Assembly (NCBI RefSeq): GCF_042869435.1
Contig: NZ_JBIAFV010000007.1
Span: forward strand, 441,202 to 505,201
Length of the DNA: 64,000 bases
DNA from: Nocardia sp. NPDC006982
Lineage (GTDB): Bacteria; Actinomycetota; Actinomycetes; Mycobacteriales; Mycobacteriaceae
Reading direction: 5' to 3'
Below the pieces are notes generated by a model. It ran no database searches, was not told where the DNA came from, and saw only the letters and a list, made by a program, of their open reading frames with translations. Positions 50,203 through 60,753 of this stretch are shown piece after piece. The first letter of the stretch is position 1. Each line of letters opens with the position of its first letter. The position numbers and the translations under genes were made by a program.

Positions 50203-50352
50203 GAGTAATTGCTCGATCGCGGTGTCAGTGGGGGTGTCAGGTGTGTGTCAGGTCGGTGTCAGCCAGCCCGGCGACAGTGTTCACATCGAGCAAGACGACC
50301 GGCACCGACACGGTTTCAGTCGGCGCCACCACCGATTTCGAGGAGTACACGA

Positions 50353-50758
50353 CATGTCGATCACCATCTCCCTGACCGACCAGGACAAGAGCACCCTGCG
50401 CACCGCCGCCTACGGCGCGGTGTCGCTGATGGCCGCCTCCGGTGCGCCGCACAAGGGCATCACGCAGGCCTCGGTCGTCCTGACCTCGGCAACCGGGCTG
50501 GTCGGGCACGTACTCGCCGCCAAGTCCAAAGACATCCACCTGCAAGGTAAGTCCGTTGCCGAACTCGCCGATCAGGTGCTGCCCGCCCTGACAGCGGCCG
50601 CGAGGCTGCTCGGCGAGCAGGACCCGCGCGAGGCCGACAACTTCCGCGGCACGGTCCTGATCGCCGTCGAAGCCGCCGCCGGGCCCCGCAAGGGCGAGCC
50701 CAGCCTTGCCGCGGCCGCGATGGCCCGCAAGATCACCGCAGCCCTCGACGCAGCCTGA
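50353..50758 (+). CDS. Hypothetical protein (135 aa)
   Basis: GAGGAG SD 7 nt upstream. Alanine-rich helical protein. Confidence 0.5.
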
Positions 50759-50824
50759 CGGATAGCGGAAAAGCCGAAATCCCCTGCAGCTGCAAGGGAT
50801 TTCGGCTTTCAGGCGGGCCGTTCC

Positions 50825-51448
50825 TCACTGGTCCATGATGCTCTTGGCGCCCACCATGCCCACCATGCTGAGGATCGGGAGCCCGATCACCAAATGTTCG
50901 ACCGCCGTGGAGATACCCACCCAGAGGTGGCTCGACAGTGCGAGTGGAATGATCACCGCCGCGGCGGTGAGGATTCCCAGGATCCAGTTGAAGAACAATT
51001 CCGGTGACGGAGTGCCCAGGCGCAGCAGGTACCAGAGCACCCCGGCCAGCAGGGTGCATATGAAGGCCACGGCCGCGAACCAGTACGCGTCCTGGGACAT
51101 CGGGTTCCACACCCCGAAATTGCCGCTCTCGGTCACCCGGGTGGCGATGATCTCGATAATCCAGGCGCACAGCCAAGCCGCGAGCGCGGTCACCACCGCC
51201 GCCGCGAACACACCACCAACGAACATACCGATGTTGACGTCCGGCCCCTGCTGTGGTCGAGACTGCCGGTCCGGATAATCGGACTGCTGATACGTGCCGT
51301 ATCCGTGGTCTGGGCTGTATCCGTGGTCTTGGCTATACGCGGGATCACGGTAGTTCCCCGGCTGATAACCCGCTTCGTAATGTGTGGTGTGCTGGTCGCG
51401 CGGATCCCTGGGGTTCAACCGCCGATCACCTCCGTCGAGAGCATTCAT
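50825..51448 (-). CDS. Membrane protein with an N-terminal Tyr/Pro/Gln/Asp-rich low-complexity region and four TM helices
   Basis: YEAGYQPGNYRDPAYSQDHGYSPDHGYGTYQQSDYP followed by four hydrophobic helices. Confidence 0.55.
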   Translation of the reverse strand: MNALDGGDRRLNPRDPRDQHTTHYEAGYQPGNYRDPAYSQDHGYSPDHGYGTYQQSDYPDRQSRPQQGPDVNIGMFVGGVFAAAVVTALAAWLCAWIIEIIATRVTESGNFGVWNPMSQDAYWFAAVAFICTLLAGVLWYLLRLGTPSPELFFNWILGILTAAAVIIPLALSSHLWVGISTAVEHLVIGLPILSMVGMVGAKSIMDQ

Positions 51449-51768
51449 GTGCGTCGAGTGTAGGGCTGCCGTGAACAGGCTGCTGCCCGCTTGTCCATTC
51501 CGGCGCTCCGTATGCGCAATATGACCCAATCGGAACACAAACGGGTGCTTGATGGTTCGTCATGTCGCGGATGTCCTGATCTTGGGCTGATGGCCGTCCG
51601 GTCTCGACAACTCGATGGTCTGCGGATCGAGGGTGCGCATCCGGCACGCTCGTTAATGCGGATGGGTCCCGCAAACATGGCCATGGGTCTCAGCGCTCGT
51701 CTTCTCCTACGCCACCTACACGGCGGATCGGCGCGCTGGTTGCGGCCGCCATCACACTTCTTGCTTCA

Positions 51769-52113
51769 ATGGCTTCGTTCGGTGCTGTTCTCGTGGCACG
51801 TAGCGGATCTGCTGCGGCCCAGGGGCCGGGCTTCTGGATCGGAGCCACCTATAACAACGGGCACGTTTACTCGGACCGCAGCAACATCAGCCTCGCAGAC
51901 GTCGCCGATAAGGTTCAGCGAGCCTGTGGCCCCTCCTGCCCGGAGCCTCGCGCGGTAGGAAATGCGTGCATCGCACTCGCGATCAACCCGAGAGGCGCTT
52001 GGGGATCGGACTGGGGCAACACCATCGCCGAGGCCGAAAGCAAGGCGATTCGATTCGCGGAAACGGCCGTCGGAATTCCCGGTCCCTTTCACATGTGGTC
52101 GGACTGCGCCTGA
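51769..52113 (+). CDS. DUF4189-like secreted cysteine-containing protein
   Basis: N-terminal hydrophobic segment and CIALAINPRGAWGSDWGNTIAEAESKAIRFA (DUF4189-like G-A-W-G motif). Four Cys. Confidence 0.5.
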   Translation: MASFGAVLVARSGSAAAQGPGFWIGATYNNGHVYSDRSNISLADVADKVQRACGPSCPEPRAVGNACIALAINPRGAWGSDWGNTIAEAESKAIRFAETAVGIPGPFHMWSDCA

Positions 52114-52161
52114 GTCGCACAACGCTGAAAGCCCTTGTCCGCGTGGACAAGGGCTTTCAGC

Positions 52162-52812
52162 TCACGTGCGCTCGCGCGGGTCGAGCACTACCTGTGTGCC
52201 CGGAGTGGTTGCGACCTGTAGGGTGCGCAGTCGCAGCAGTGTCGGGTGTTCCTCGAGTAGTCGCGCGGTATTGGCCAGTGACCGTAGTGCGGCCGCTTCC
52301 GCCCGCGCTCGTTCGAGCTCGGCCCGGCCGCGTTCCTTGGCGAGCACGGTTTCCAGTGCGGCCTTGCGTAGTTCGCCGGGCAGCATCAGGTCGCGGGCGT
52401 TGAGTGCGTCGATGCGCATGCCGAGTCCTGTTACAGCCGTGGTGATTTCGGCGATGTCCCCGACGAGCAGCGTGCGGTCGGTGACGAGTTCGTCGAGGGA
52501 ATGGCTTGCCACGGCCCGGCGGGCGGCATCCTGCACCGCCGCGTACAGCACGCTTTCCGGGTACTGCGCACCGGTGGTGAACGCCTCCGGATCGGTGACC
52601 TGCCAGTTCAGTGCGTAGCTGACCCGCAGTGAGAGTCCGTCGCGGGTGAGCAGTTCCTGGCCGCTGACATTCAGCAGCCGGGGCCGCATGTCGACGACGA
52701 TCAGCGTGCAGCGCTTGGCGTCGTAGCGGTGGCGCCCTGGCTCGAGTACTCGCTCGAGTGTGCCGTCGCGGTACAGCAGCGTTCGCTGCCATTCCATGAC
52801 CGTCGTGTACAT
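52162..52812 (-). CDS. SPFH/band-7 domain protein without a TM anchor
   Basis: SPFH core plus a C-terminal coiled coil (ERGRAELERARAEAAALRSL). Confidence 0.7.
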   Translation of the reverse strand: MYTTVMEWQRTLLYRDGTLERVLEPGRHRYDAKRCTLIVVDMRPRLLNVSGQELLTRDGLSLRVSYALNWQVTDPEAFTTGAQYPESVLYAAVQDAARRAVASHSLDELVTDRTLLVGDIAEITTAVTGLGMRIDALNARDLMLPGELRKAALETVLAKERGRAELERARAEAAALRSLANTARLLEEHPTLLRLRTLQVATTPGTQVVLDPRERT

Positions 52813-53132
52813 GTTTCACTCCTCCCGTACCGTGTGTCGTTGGCTGCCTGGTTGTTTCGGATGTCACCCGGTTCCGGTCACGGGTCCGCAGCGGGGGCGT
52901 CCCGCGGCTGTAGCCGCGGAGCCCGCAGAGCCGTTTGCCGTATCCGCCCGGAACCGGGTGGCATCGCAGTGGGAATCGAACCCATCCAGGCTTGGAGCCC
53001 TTCGCCAGGTGCGAGACCGAGCCCGACACGGGGAACGCGGGTGCGGAGATTCCGCTGCGCCCCTTGACTCGACCTGGAACAACCATAGGGTTCGCGGTAC
53101 GGGTGCGCGAATGATTTATCGCCGCTTCGGTT

Positions 53133-53340
53133 TCACGCCGGTTTGGGGGCGGCGTTGGCCCGGGTCGCGGCGACTTGCTTTGCCTCGGCGGCCTTTTCGG
53201 CATCGAGGCGGCGGTAGACAAAGTGCTGTTGTGCAAGCGTCCAGGCATTGTTCGTGACGAAGTACAGCAGGATCGCCACCGGCAGCAATGCGCCGCCGAG
53301 AATCGGGGCCGCCGGGAAGACCCACAGGCTTAGACCGTGT
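53133..53340 (-). pseudogene. C-terminal fragment of the YidC/Oxa1 membrane insertase
   Basis: LSLWVFPAAPILGGALLPVAILLYFVTNNAWTLAQQHFVYRRL matches the last TM helices of YidC. The N-terminal ~250 aa are absent. Confidence 0.45.
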
Positions 53341-53431
53341 CTTACGTGGTTGCACCTAGAACGTCGGTGTCGCAGGCCAGATCGGCCAGCTCGGGCAACG
53401 CCGTGCAGGCGTGCCGCACATTGGAGTGCGC

Positions 53432-54049
53432 TCAGTCCGCGGGGGTGGAGTCTTCGGTGTCGGCCTTGGTGATTGAGCGGACGACTGGGCGCAGAATCTC
53501 GACTACCCGGTCCGGGTCGGCCTCGGTGAGGTGATCGAGCTTGACCAGATGGCGGCACAGGACGATGCCGAGTAGCGCGGCGCTGACCACTTCTGCACGT
53601 AGATCGGCTTCCTCACCAGGGATGGCTTCGCTGATCTGATCCTTATAGATACGCGAGGAGGTGCGGATCTCCTCGGCGGCCTCGGGGTGGGTGAGCATCG
53701 ACCGCAGCATGGCCAGCGAGGTAACCGGTTCCTCGATCAGTGAGTCGCGCAGTCTGTCGAGCAACTGCTCGGCGATATCCGCGGCGCTGCCCCCGGCGAG
53801 CAGTGCCGATCCGGACCCGATAGCGCTCAGGAACAGCTGCTGTTTGCTGCCGAAATAATGGATGACGAGTCCAGGATCCACGCCCGCCGCGGTGGCGACT
53901 GCGCGGATGGTGGTGCGGTCGTAGCCGGATTCTGCGAACAACGTGCGGGCGTGGGCGAGGATCCGCGCCTCGGTATTGCGTCGCTGCTCGGCCCGCGAAG
54001 TGGGCGCCGGAGGGTTGCTCACCCGCGTCATTCTACGGACGTTGACCAA
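53432..54049 (-). CDS. TetR-family transcriptional regulator
   Basis: N-terminal HTH (ILAHARTLFAESGYDRTTIRAVATAAGV). Confidence 0.85.
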   Translation of the reverse strand: MVNVRRMTRVSNPPAPTSRAEQRRNTEARILAHARTLFAESGYDRTTIRAVATAAGVDPGLVIHYFGSKQQLFLSAIGSGSALLAGGSAADIAEQLLDRLRDSLIEEPVTSLAMLRSMLTHPEAAEEIRTSSRIYKDQISEAIPGEEADLRAEVVSAALLGIVLCRHLVKLDHLTEADPDRVVEILRPVVRSITKADTEDSTPAD

Positions 54050-54065
54050 AGCTGGTTTTCGTTCT

Positions 54066-54096
54066 ACGCTCGTTGAACAACTGATTCAACGAGCGT
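54066..54096. promoter_or_regulatory. Perfect 12-bp inverted repeat ACGCTCGTTGAA-N7-TTCAACGAGCGT; candidate TetR operator
   Basis: Lies in the divergent intergenic region between the TetR gene and the SnoaL-like gene. Confidence 0.6.
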
Positions 54097-54115
54097 TCAA
54101 CGAAAGAGTATTGCG

Positions 54116-54526
54116 ATGAGCCAACCAGCAGTGGAAAGCCCGCTACAGGTCTTGGAGCAGCGAAACAAGGCGATCCTCGCCAACGACATGCACGCGTTCG
54201 TGGACCTGTTCGCGGAGGACGGCGTGATCGAGATGCCGTTCACTGCAGGCGAATTGCCTGCCCAGTTGGCAGGCAAGGAGGCAATTCGGGCATATGCGAT
54301 CGACGCCGGCCGCGGTGGGTTCCGTCTCGACGAACTGCGTGTACATCAGACCCACCAAACCGCCGATCCGGAGGTCGTGATCGTCGAACTGACCTCCGTC
54401 GGACGCGTCACGTCGACCGGCCAGCCGTTCAAAGTGCCCTGTATTCAGGTCTTCCGGATCCGCGACGGGAAAATCGTGTTGTTCCGTGACTATGTCGGCC
54501 ATGCCTTCCTACCGGACCTGAGCTGA
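54116..54526 (+). CDS. SnoaL/NTF2-like (ketosteroid-isomerase-fold) protein
   Basis: 136 aa with an NTF2-like fold pattern. Divergent from the TetR gene. Confidence 0.75.
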   Translation: MSQPAVESPLQVLEQRNKAILANDMHAFVDLFAEDGVIEMPFTAGELPAQLAGKEAIRAYAIDAGRGGFRLDELRVHQTHQTADPEVVIVELTSVGRVTSTGQPFKVPCIQVFRIRDGKIVLFRDYVGHAFLPDLS

Positions 54527-54629
54527 GCTCAATCCAAGCGGACTTCGCGTAGCGCTATGGGCACGTTCCTGCCGCCTCGATCCCATCCTGGTCGAACTCT
54601 TCGGGCCTGTGATCGTGTCTCACGTTGTG

Positions 54630-55525
54630 TAACGAGATGGGTTGCACTGGTTGATGTTTGAGCGTGGCTGATGTGTTGTCGGTCCGGCTGGTGCCGGACG
54701 AGTTGTGGGAGATCGTGGAGCCGTTGTTGCCGGAGTTCACCGCTCGCCGCCAAGGTGGCGGTACCGCTCCGGTCGAACAGCGGGCGGTCTTCACGGCAGT
54801 GGTGTACGTGCTGACCAGCGGCTGTGCGTGGCGGATGCTGCCGGATCAGTTCGGGGTGAGTGTGCCTACGGCCCATCGCCGGTTCACCATCTGGACTCGG
54901 GCGGGGGGTGTGGCGGCGGTTGCATCGGGCAATGTTGGACGAGCTGGGCAGCCAAGGCTTGATCGACTGGTCACGGGCGGTGATCGACGCGGCGTCGGTG
55001 CGAGCCAAAAAGGGGGCGACATGACCGGGCCGAGCCCAGTCGATCGCGGCAAGGCCGGCTCGAATCTGCACGTGGTGTCCGACCGTGCGGGAATCCTTCT
55101 GGCCGTAGGTATTTCGGCCGCCCACACCAATGACGCGGAGGCCCTCGCCCGTTGGTACGGGCAATCCCGCCGGTGCGGTCGCGGCGTGGACCGCGGCGGC
55201 GTAGACCGGCGAAACTGCACGCGGACAAGGCATACGACATCATCGAACTGCGTGAATGGATACATCAGCGCGGAATCGCCGTTCGCATCGCCCGCAAGGG
55301 CATCGAGTCCGCGGACCACCTCGGTCGCCATCGCTGGGAGATCGAGCGCACGATGTCCTGGCTGACCGGCTACCACCGGCTCGACATCCGCTACGAGCGC
55401 AAAGGCATCCACTCCTGCGCCTTCCTCACCCTGGCCGCAGCACTCACCTGCTTCAAAAAGCTGACGAAGGCGAAACAGCGACGTAAGGCATGGTCTAAGC
55501 GCTGACCGAACCAGGTGCTCGTGGG
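54630..55525 (+). mobile_element. IS5-family (IS427-group-like) insertion sequence, ~0.9 kb. The transposase is split over three frames (ORFs 54658..55365, 54705..54962, 55152..55505).
   Basis: N-terminus LVPDELWEIVEPLLP...RRAVFTAVVYVLTSGCAWRMLP and C-terminus ADKAYD...GRHRWEIERTMSWL are IS5/IS427 transposase hallmarks. Imperfect terminal inverted repeats (gcactggttgatg / cacctggttcggtc) near both ends. Confidence 0.7.
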
Positions 55526-55810
55526 CGCGGACGTCCGACGGTGTCCGGATTGCTCTGACGCAGGAAGGAACCCCGGCGGCGACGTTGCGCCGAGGGTGGC
55601 GGACCCGAGTGGGCCAGCGCCATCGGGATACGTCGAGTGCTCTGCGGGGCGAGCAGTGTCAAGGTCAGCGACGCGGCGATGACACCGAAGACGGCCAGTG
55701 CCGCCGGTTCATTCGGCGGCGCCGCGGCCAGGGCGAGCGCGGGCACGACGAGTGCGAAGACCGCAAACGCCATGATGTGTTCCCGCGAGAACATGCCAAG
55801 AGCTTACCGA

Positions 55811-56692
55811 CTACATCGCACAGCCGCCGTCCGCTGTGAACGGGTAGACGAACTGGTCGACATAGCCGGTCGGGTAGTCGGGTTTCGCCGCCATACCGAG
55901 ATCGTCGGTGCCGAAGCGTCGTGCCGGATCGTAGGAGTAGGTGCGGAACAGGTGATCCCAGATCAGGGTGAACAGGCCGAAATTGACGTCGCCGATACCG
56001 GCGAACTTCAGATGGTGGAAGCGATGGCCCTCGTTCATCGCCAGTAGGTATTTGGCGGGTCCGATCCGGTAGTCGGCATTGGAGTGTTGCAGCAGCAGCT
56101 GGATGGCGACCGAGAGAGCAAGGGCGGCCGCGACATTCGATGGCAGGCCGATCAGGATGAGCGGGGCGACACCGGCGGCCATCTCCACGGTCTGGTGCAG
56201 CGGATGTTTCATCAGACCATTGAGGCCGTAAAAGCGTTCGACGCTGTGATGTACCGCGTGGAAGCGCCACAGAAGTCCGATTTTGTGACTGGCCAGATGT
56301 ACCGTGGTGATACCGAGATCAGCGACCAGGATGGCAAGCAGAACCTGGCACAGGAACGGCCATGAGGTCGGCCAGCTGTCCGGAGCGGGCACGATGGTCG
56401 CCAGCAGCGGAATCGCCGCGACGCTGAGCAGGACGAGCATTTCGTTGACGAAAGCATGGATGCGATCGCGCAGGGTGTCATCGAGATCGTGATTCCAGTC
56501 GGCCTGGTACGGAATCAGCCGCTCCACCAGAAACGAGGCGACGATCGCGACCGCCAGTACGAGCAGTAACGAAAATTTCGGCGCGCCAGCAGAACTCAGC
56601 GCAATACCGACGCCGTTGAGCCCGATCAGCATGAAGGGCACATAGCCGTAGCGCGCGAGACGCTGTGTGGGCGTGTAGGTAATGGTTGTCAT
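55811..56692 (-). CDS. Fatty-acid hydroxylase / sterol-desaturase family membrane enzyme
   Basis: Histidine boxes HKIGLLWRFHAVHH and HRFHH. Confidence 0.85.
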   Translation of the reverse strand: MTTITYTPTQRLARYGYVPFMLIGLNGVGIALSSAGAPKFSLLLVLAVAIVASFLVERLIPYQADWNHDLDDTLRDRIHAFVNEMLVLLSVAAIPLLATIVPAPDSWPTSWPFLCQVLLAILVADLGITTVHLASHKIGLLWRFHAVHHSVERFYGLNGLMKHPLHQTVEMAAGVAPLILIGLPSNVAAALALSVAIQLLLQHSNADYRIGPAKYLLAMNEGHRFHHLKFAGIGDVNFGLFTLIWDHLFRTYSYDPARRFGTDDLGMAAKPDYPTGYVDQFVYPFTADGGCAM

Positions 56693-56745
56693 AGGGGCAA
56701 GCCTGGTCGGCCGTGCCCGGAATGACTTGAACGATTCGGCTGGAC

Positions 56746-57567
56746 CTAGGGGGCGTCGCCGAGATCCCAGTCGACGCGTCGGTTCAGGGCCGACGGCGGC
56801 AGTCCGAAGGTGCGGCGGCAGGTGCGGGTCAGGTGGGAGCTATCGGCGAAACCGGCGGCGTGGGCGGCGGCGGTGAGATCGTCTCCGGAGCGGACGCGGG
56901 TTATCGCCACATGTAGTCGGAGCCAGAGAATGTAGGGCCGCAATGGAATTCCGACCTGTTCGGTGAACAGATGGGTGAGTCGGGTCGCGGAAATGCCGAC
57001 CCGGCGTGCGACATCCGCGCCGCGGATCGGTCCGTCGCCGACGATGGAGGGCAGCAGTCGCAGCACTTCGGTCACTGCCTCGTGGCGCTCGTCCTCGATG
57101 CTGTGCGAATTGTCGCGTTCGAGATCATCGACAACCTCGGCGACCAGTCCGGCGAGTGTTTCCCGCTCCGGATCGATGGGTAGGGAATGTTCACAATCGG
57201 CCCACCCGTAGGTGTGCGCTCTGCGGTCGGCGGCCGCGCCCGCGACGGACTCCGGATCGAGATAGATCGCGGTGCCGCGCTCGGCCCCGGTGGCGATGCG
57301 ATGCGGTGCGTCGGCGGGCACGATGACATGTGTGCCGCGATGCCGAATGCCGCTCGCGTCCACCACGACCACCGGCGTACATGCGGTCACCACTTGGACG
57401 GCGTGATGGGCGTGCAATGCGGTGGGGCCGATGCTGCCGCCGAAGGCGAGCACGCCGGCACGCAGCAATGCGGTACCCTCCCAACGCAATTCACCGGGCG
57501 ACCCGGAGACATAGTGCACGGATCGGGGCGAGGTGGATGCCCCGTCGGTAACCAGAGCCTTCATCAT
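56746..57567 (-). CDS. AraC-family transcriptional regulator
   Basis: C-terminal AraC HTH (GFADSSHLTRTCRRTFGLPPSA). Confidence 0.8.
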   Translation of the reverse strand: MMKALVTDGASTSPRSVHYVSGSPGELRWEGTALLRAGVLAFGGSIGPTALHAHHAVQVVTACTPVVVVDASGIRHRGTHVIVPADAPHRIATGAERGTAIYLDPESVAGAAADRRAHTYGWADCEHSLPIDPERETLAGLVAEVVDDLERDNSHSIEDERHEAVTEVLRLLPSIVGDGPIRGADVARRVGISATRLTHLFTEQVGIPLRPYILWLRLHVAITRVRSGDDLTAAAHAAGFADSSHLTRTCRRTFGLPPSALNRRVDWDLGDAP

Positions 57568-57752
57568 CGGATGCTCCCGGGTGACTGCGAATCCCGAATC
57601 GGATCCCTGACGGAGACTATCCCGGCCGCACGGCCGCTGTCAGGGTAACGGCGACGCGATCGAGGAACTCGGTGATCAAGGGCCCGGCGATCGGGTGCCC
57701 AGCGCGAGACCGTCATCGGTGCGGCGGGCGTTGTTTGTCAGAGTGACCGAAC

Positions 57753-58925
57753 TCAGGGGGCGAAGGCAGCGGATTCGAGGCGGCGGGCCAGTCGGGCCGC
57801 GGACAGGGTCATGGCGTCGGCGGGGCGATGCGGGTCGAGGCCGGTGAGTTCGTGGACGCGGGACAGGCGGTAGGTGACCGTATTCCGGTGCACGCTGAGC
57901 TGACGCGCCGTCGCCAACTGGTTGAAACCGCTGTCGACGAACACCTCTAGGGTTTCCGCCAGCATGGGCTGGGTATCGAGGGGCGCGAGTACCGACGCCA
58001 GCCCGGGCCGTGCCGCATCGCTGACCGCAACCGTGTATTCGAACTGCAAATCCATTCTGCGGCAGAGTATCTCGCGACGTGTCAGGCACCGCCCCAGTTC
58101 GGCCAACACCCGCGCCTCGGCAAAGATCGTCGGGATCTGGGCCCTGCTCGCCGCAGTACCGACACCTACCCAGTAGGGCGGTGTTCGATCGGGCTGATGT
58201 GCCGGTAGTCGCGCAGTGAGACCGGTAATCGCGGCCGTACCGTCATCGCCGGGTTGCAGCGGGATCAGTGCGGTCCACCCGCCCGCGTCCAGCCGCAGGA
58301 AGACGCCCGGAATCGCCTCGACCCGGTGCCGCAGCGCCGAAGCGTGCCCGCCGCGGGTGCCGCAGAGGCGGAATACCGCGACGAGGAAGTCGTCTGCGAC
58401 CGGAATGACCGGATCATTGGCCCACTCCACCGGATCGCGTCCGGTGAGCAGGGCGTCGGCGATACCTCGGCGACGCTCCAACAGTTCCCAGCGCGGATCG
58501 TGCGAGCGCTGGGTGGCCGCGCCCGCGATGCGCGTCATGACCAGCGTGATGTACTTCAGCAGCATTAGCGAGGCGTCGAGCAGCAGCTCCTGCTCGGCGG
58601 AGGTGGCCGCTTCGCGCAGCCGGTCCCAGATGAAGGCCGAGCCGAGCCGATATCGGTTCAGCACCTCGGTCAGTGGCGTGCCGTCGCGGAGCCGGTCCAT
58701 GGCCAGTTCGACGAGCTCCCTGGTGTCCTCCTCGGAGGGTTCGGTGCCGCAGCGCAGATATTCGAAGAACAGGTCGACATTGAGTTTCGTGCCGCGCGCG
58801 AAATCGGTCTCGACCAGTGACTGGGGGATCCGCGGGTACGGCGGCAGGCTCCCGTAGAACCCGTCGACCAGCGACGCGGCTCTTCGGTGCAGATCGTCGA
58901 CGACCCGGGTCCGCGTTGGCGTCAT
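57753..58925 (-). CDS. PucR/CdaR-family transcriptional regulator
   Basis: C-terminal PucR HTH (LATARQLSVHRNTVTYRLSRVHELTGLD). Confidence 0.8.
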   Translation of the reverse strand: MTPTRTRVVDDLHRRAASLVDGFYGSLPPYPRIPQSLVETDFARGTKLNVDLFFEYLRCGTEPSEEDTRELVELAMDRLRDGTPLTEVLNRYRLGSAFIWDRLREAATSAEQELLLDASLMLLKYITLVMTRIAGAATQRSHDPRWELLERRRGIADALLTGRDPVEWANDPVIPVADDFLVAVFRLCGTRGGHASALRHRVEAIPGVFLRLDAGGWTALIPLQPGDDGTAAITGLTARLPAHQPDRTPPYWVGVGTAASRAQIPTIFAEARVLAELGRCLTRREILCRRMDLQFEYTVAVSDAARPGLASVLAPLDTQPMLAETLEVFVDSGFNQLATARQLSVHRNTVTYRLSRVHELTGLDPHRPADAMTLSAARLARRLESAAFAP

Positions 58926-58944
58926 TGAACTTCTCCATCCCGCA

Positions 58945-60753
58945 CTACGAGTACAAGCTCTCGATCGTGTCGTTGTAGCGGGTGGCGATCGGGGTGCGCT
59001 TGAGTTTGCCGGTCGCCGTCAGAACATCGCTTCCGGGCTCCCATACCTCCGGTAGCACGATGTACTTCTTGATCTGCTCCACCTGGGAGAGTTTGCCATT
59101 GGCGGCGGCCACACCTTGCTCGATTACAGCCAAGACTTCCGGATTCTTCGCGAATTCGGCGACGGTGGTTGCGGTGAGCCGGTTGCGCCGGCCGAAAGCC
59201 TGCACCAGGTCGGGGTCGAGGCAGATCAGCGCGGTGTTGTACGGCCGCTGCTCACCGATCACCACGACGGTGCCCGCGAGCGGGCAGTTCTCGGTGATCG
59301 TGTTCTCGATATTGGCCGGGGACATATTCTTCCCGGCCGCATTGATGATGATTTCCTTCTTGCGGTCGACGATCGAGAGGTAGCCGTCAGCGTCGATCGA
59401 CCCGATATCGCCGGTGTGCAGCCAGCCGTCGGCATCGATGGCCGCCGCGGTTTTCTCCGGATCGTTGCGGTAACCGCGCATGACCATTCTTCCGCGGATC
59501 AGTACTTCGCCGTCGTGGGCGAGTTTCACCTCAGCCCCGGGGAGTGGCGTGCCGACGGTACCGATCTTGACGCGCTCCGGACCGCTGAGCGTCGCGCCCG
59601 CAGTGCATTCGGTCATGCCGTACCCCTCGCACAACGGCAGACCGAGACCGAGGAAGAATTCGTGCACCTCGGGCGGGATGGCCACCGAACCGGTGACCGC
59701 GGCGCGCACCTGACCCAGGCCGAGCCGGGTGCGAATCGATGCGAGCACCAGACGATCAGCCAAGGCATACCGGAGTTTCTCTAGTTGGCCGAGTGCACGG
59801 CCGTCGGAGGCGGCCCGGGCGCGGGCGCGGCCGGTGCGCACCGCCCAGCGGATCAGGGCGCGCTTGATCGGATCCGGTTCGGCCGCGAAGCGCTCCTCCA
59901 GCGCGCCCTTCACCTTCACCCATATCCGGGGAACACCGAGGAAGACGGTCGGATGCACCTCGGCCAGCGCCTCGGCGACCTTCTTCAGATCCGCGACGGT
60001 GGTGATCTCACCGCCCTCCAACATGGTGAGATAGTGCGCGAACCAGCGGTTGGCGGCATGCGCGTCCGGCAGGTACGAAATCACTCGATCGTGTCCGCTG
60101 CCACCGCCGAATATCTCGATGACGCGGGCATTTTCGATGAAGTTGGTGTGGGTGAGCTCGACGCCCTTCGGCGGTCCGGTGGTGCCGGAGGTGTAGACGA
60201 TGGTCAGCAGATCCTCGGATTTCACACTGCGCCAGGCGGTTTCGAAGTCGAAGTCTTTCGCCTCGGCCGATTCCACTATCGATAGCGCGATCGTGCCCGC
60301 CGGTGCTTCATCGACGCATATCACGTGCTCGACGTGATTGCCATGGGCCACCGCCTTTTCCACGGCCTCGAGGATCTGTGGGGCAAACTGGCGCTCGCAG
60401 ATGACGATCTTGTTGCTCGCATTGCCGAACTGGTAGGCGAGCAGATCGACGGGGTTGGTGTTGTAGACCGAGAACGGGGTGCCGCCTGCGTGCAGCACGG
60501 CCGTATCGCAGAGGTGGAATTCGGGTCGGTTGGTCATCATCAACGCCACCGTGTCACCGGGTCGCAGACCGAGGGCGGCCAGGCCGGTCGCGATCCCGCG
60601 CACCCGGTCGGCGTACTCACGCCAGGTGATCGTCACCGCTCCGCCCATGGTGCGCAGCGCGACCACGTCCGGATACTTCGCGGCATTCGCTTGAAAGGCC
60701 GCACAGAGCGTGTCCGGACGGGCCGGGCCCGCCGAGACTGTCGATGAAACCAA
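58945..60753 (-). CDS. AMP-dependent synthetase/ligase (long-chain acyl-CoA synthetase)
   Basis: YTSGTTGPPKGVELTH motif. 602 aa. Confidence 0.9.
   Translation of the reverse strand: MVSSTVSAGPARPDTLCAAFQANAAKYPDVVALRTMGGAVTITWREYADRVRGIATGLAALGLRPGDTVALMMTNRPEFHLCDTAVLHAGGTPFSVYNTNPVDLLAYQFGNASNKIVICERQFAPQILEAVEKAVAHGNHVEHVICVDEAPAGTIALSIVESAEAKDFDFETAWRSVKSEDLLTIVYTSGTTGPPKGVELTHTNFIENARVIEIFGGGSGHDRVISYLPDAHAANRWFAHYLTMLEGGEITTVADLKKVAEALAEVHPTVFLGVPRIWVKVKGALEERFAAEPDPIKRALIRWAVRTGRARARAASDGRALGQLEKLRYALADRLVLASIRTRLGLGQVRAAVTGSVAIPPEVHEFFLGLGLPLCEGYGMTECTAGATLSGPERVKIGTVGTPLPGAEVKLAHDGEVLIRGRMVMRGYRNDPEKTAAAIDADGWLHTGDIGSIDADGYLSIVDRKKEIIINAAGKNMSPANIENTITENCPLAGTVVVIGEQRPYNTALICLDPDLVQAFGRRNRLTATTVAEFAKNPEVLAVIEQGVAAANGKLSQVEQIKKYIVLPEVWEPGSDVLTATGKLKRTPIATRYNDTIESLYS

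Noticed and set aside
55495-55794. 99-aa minus-strand ORF with two hydrophobic segments abutting the IS right end
   Set aside because: Possibly a small membrane protein or a gene truncated by the IS insertion. There are no motifs, and it overlaps the IS terminal region, so it is left uncalled.
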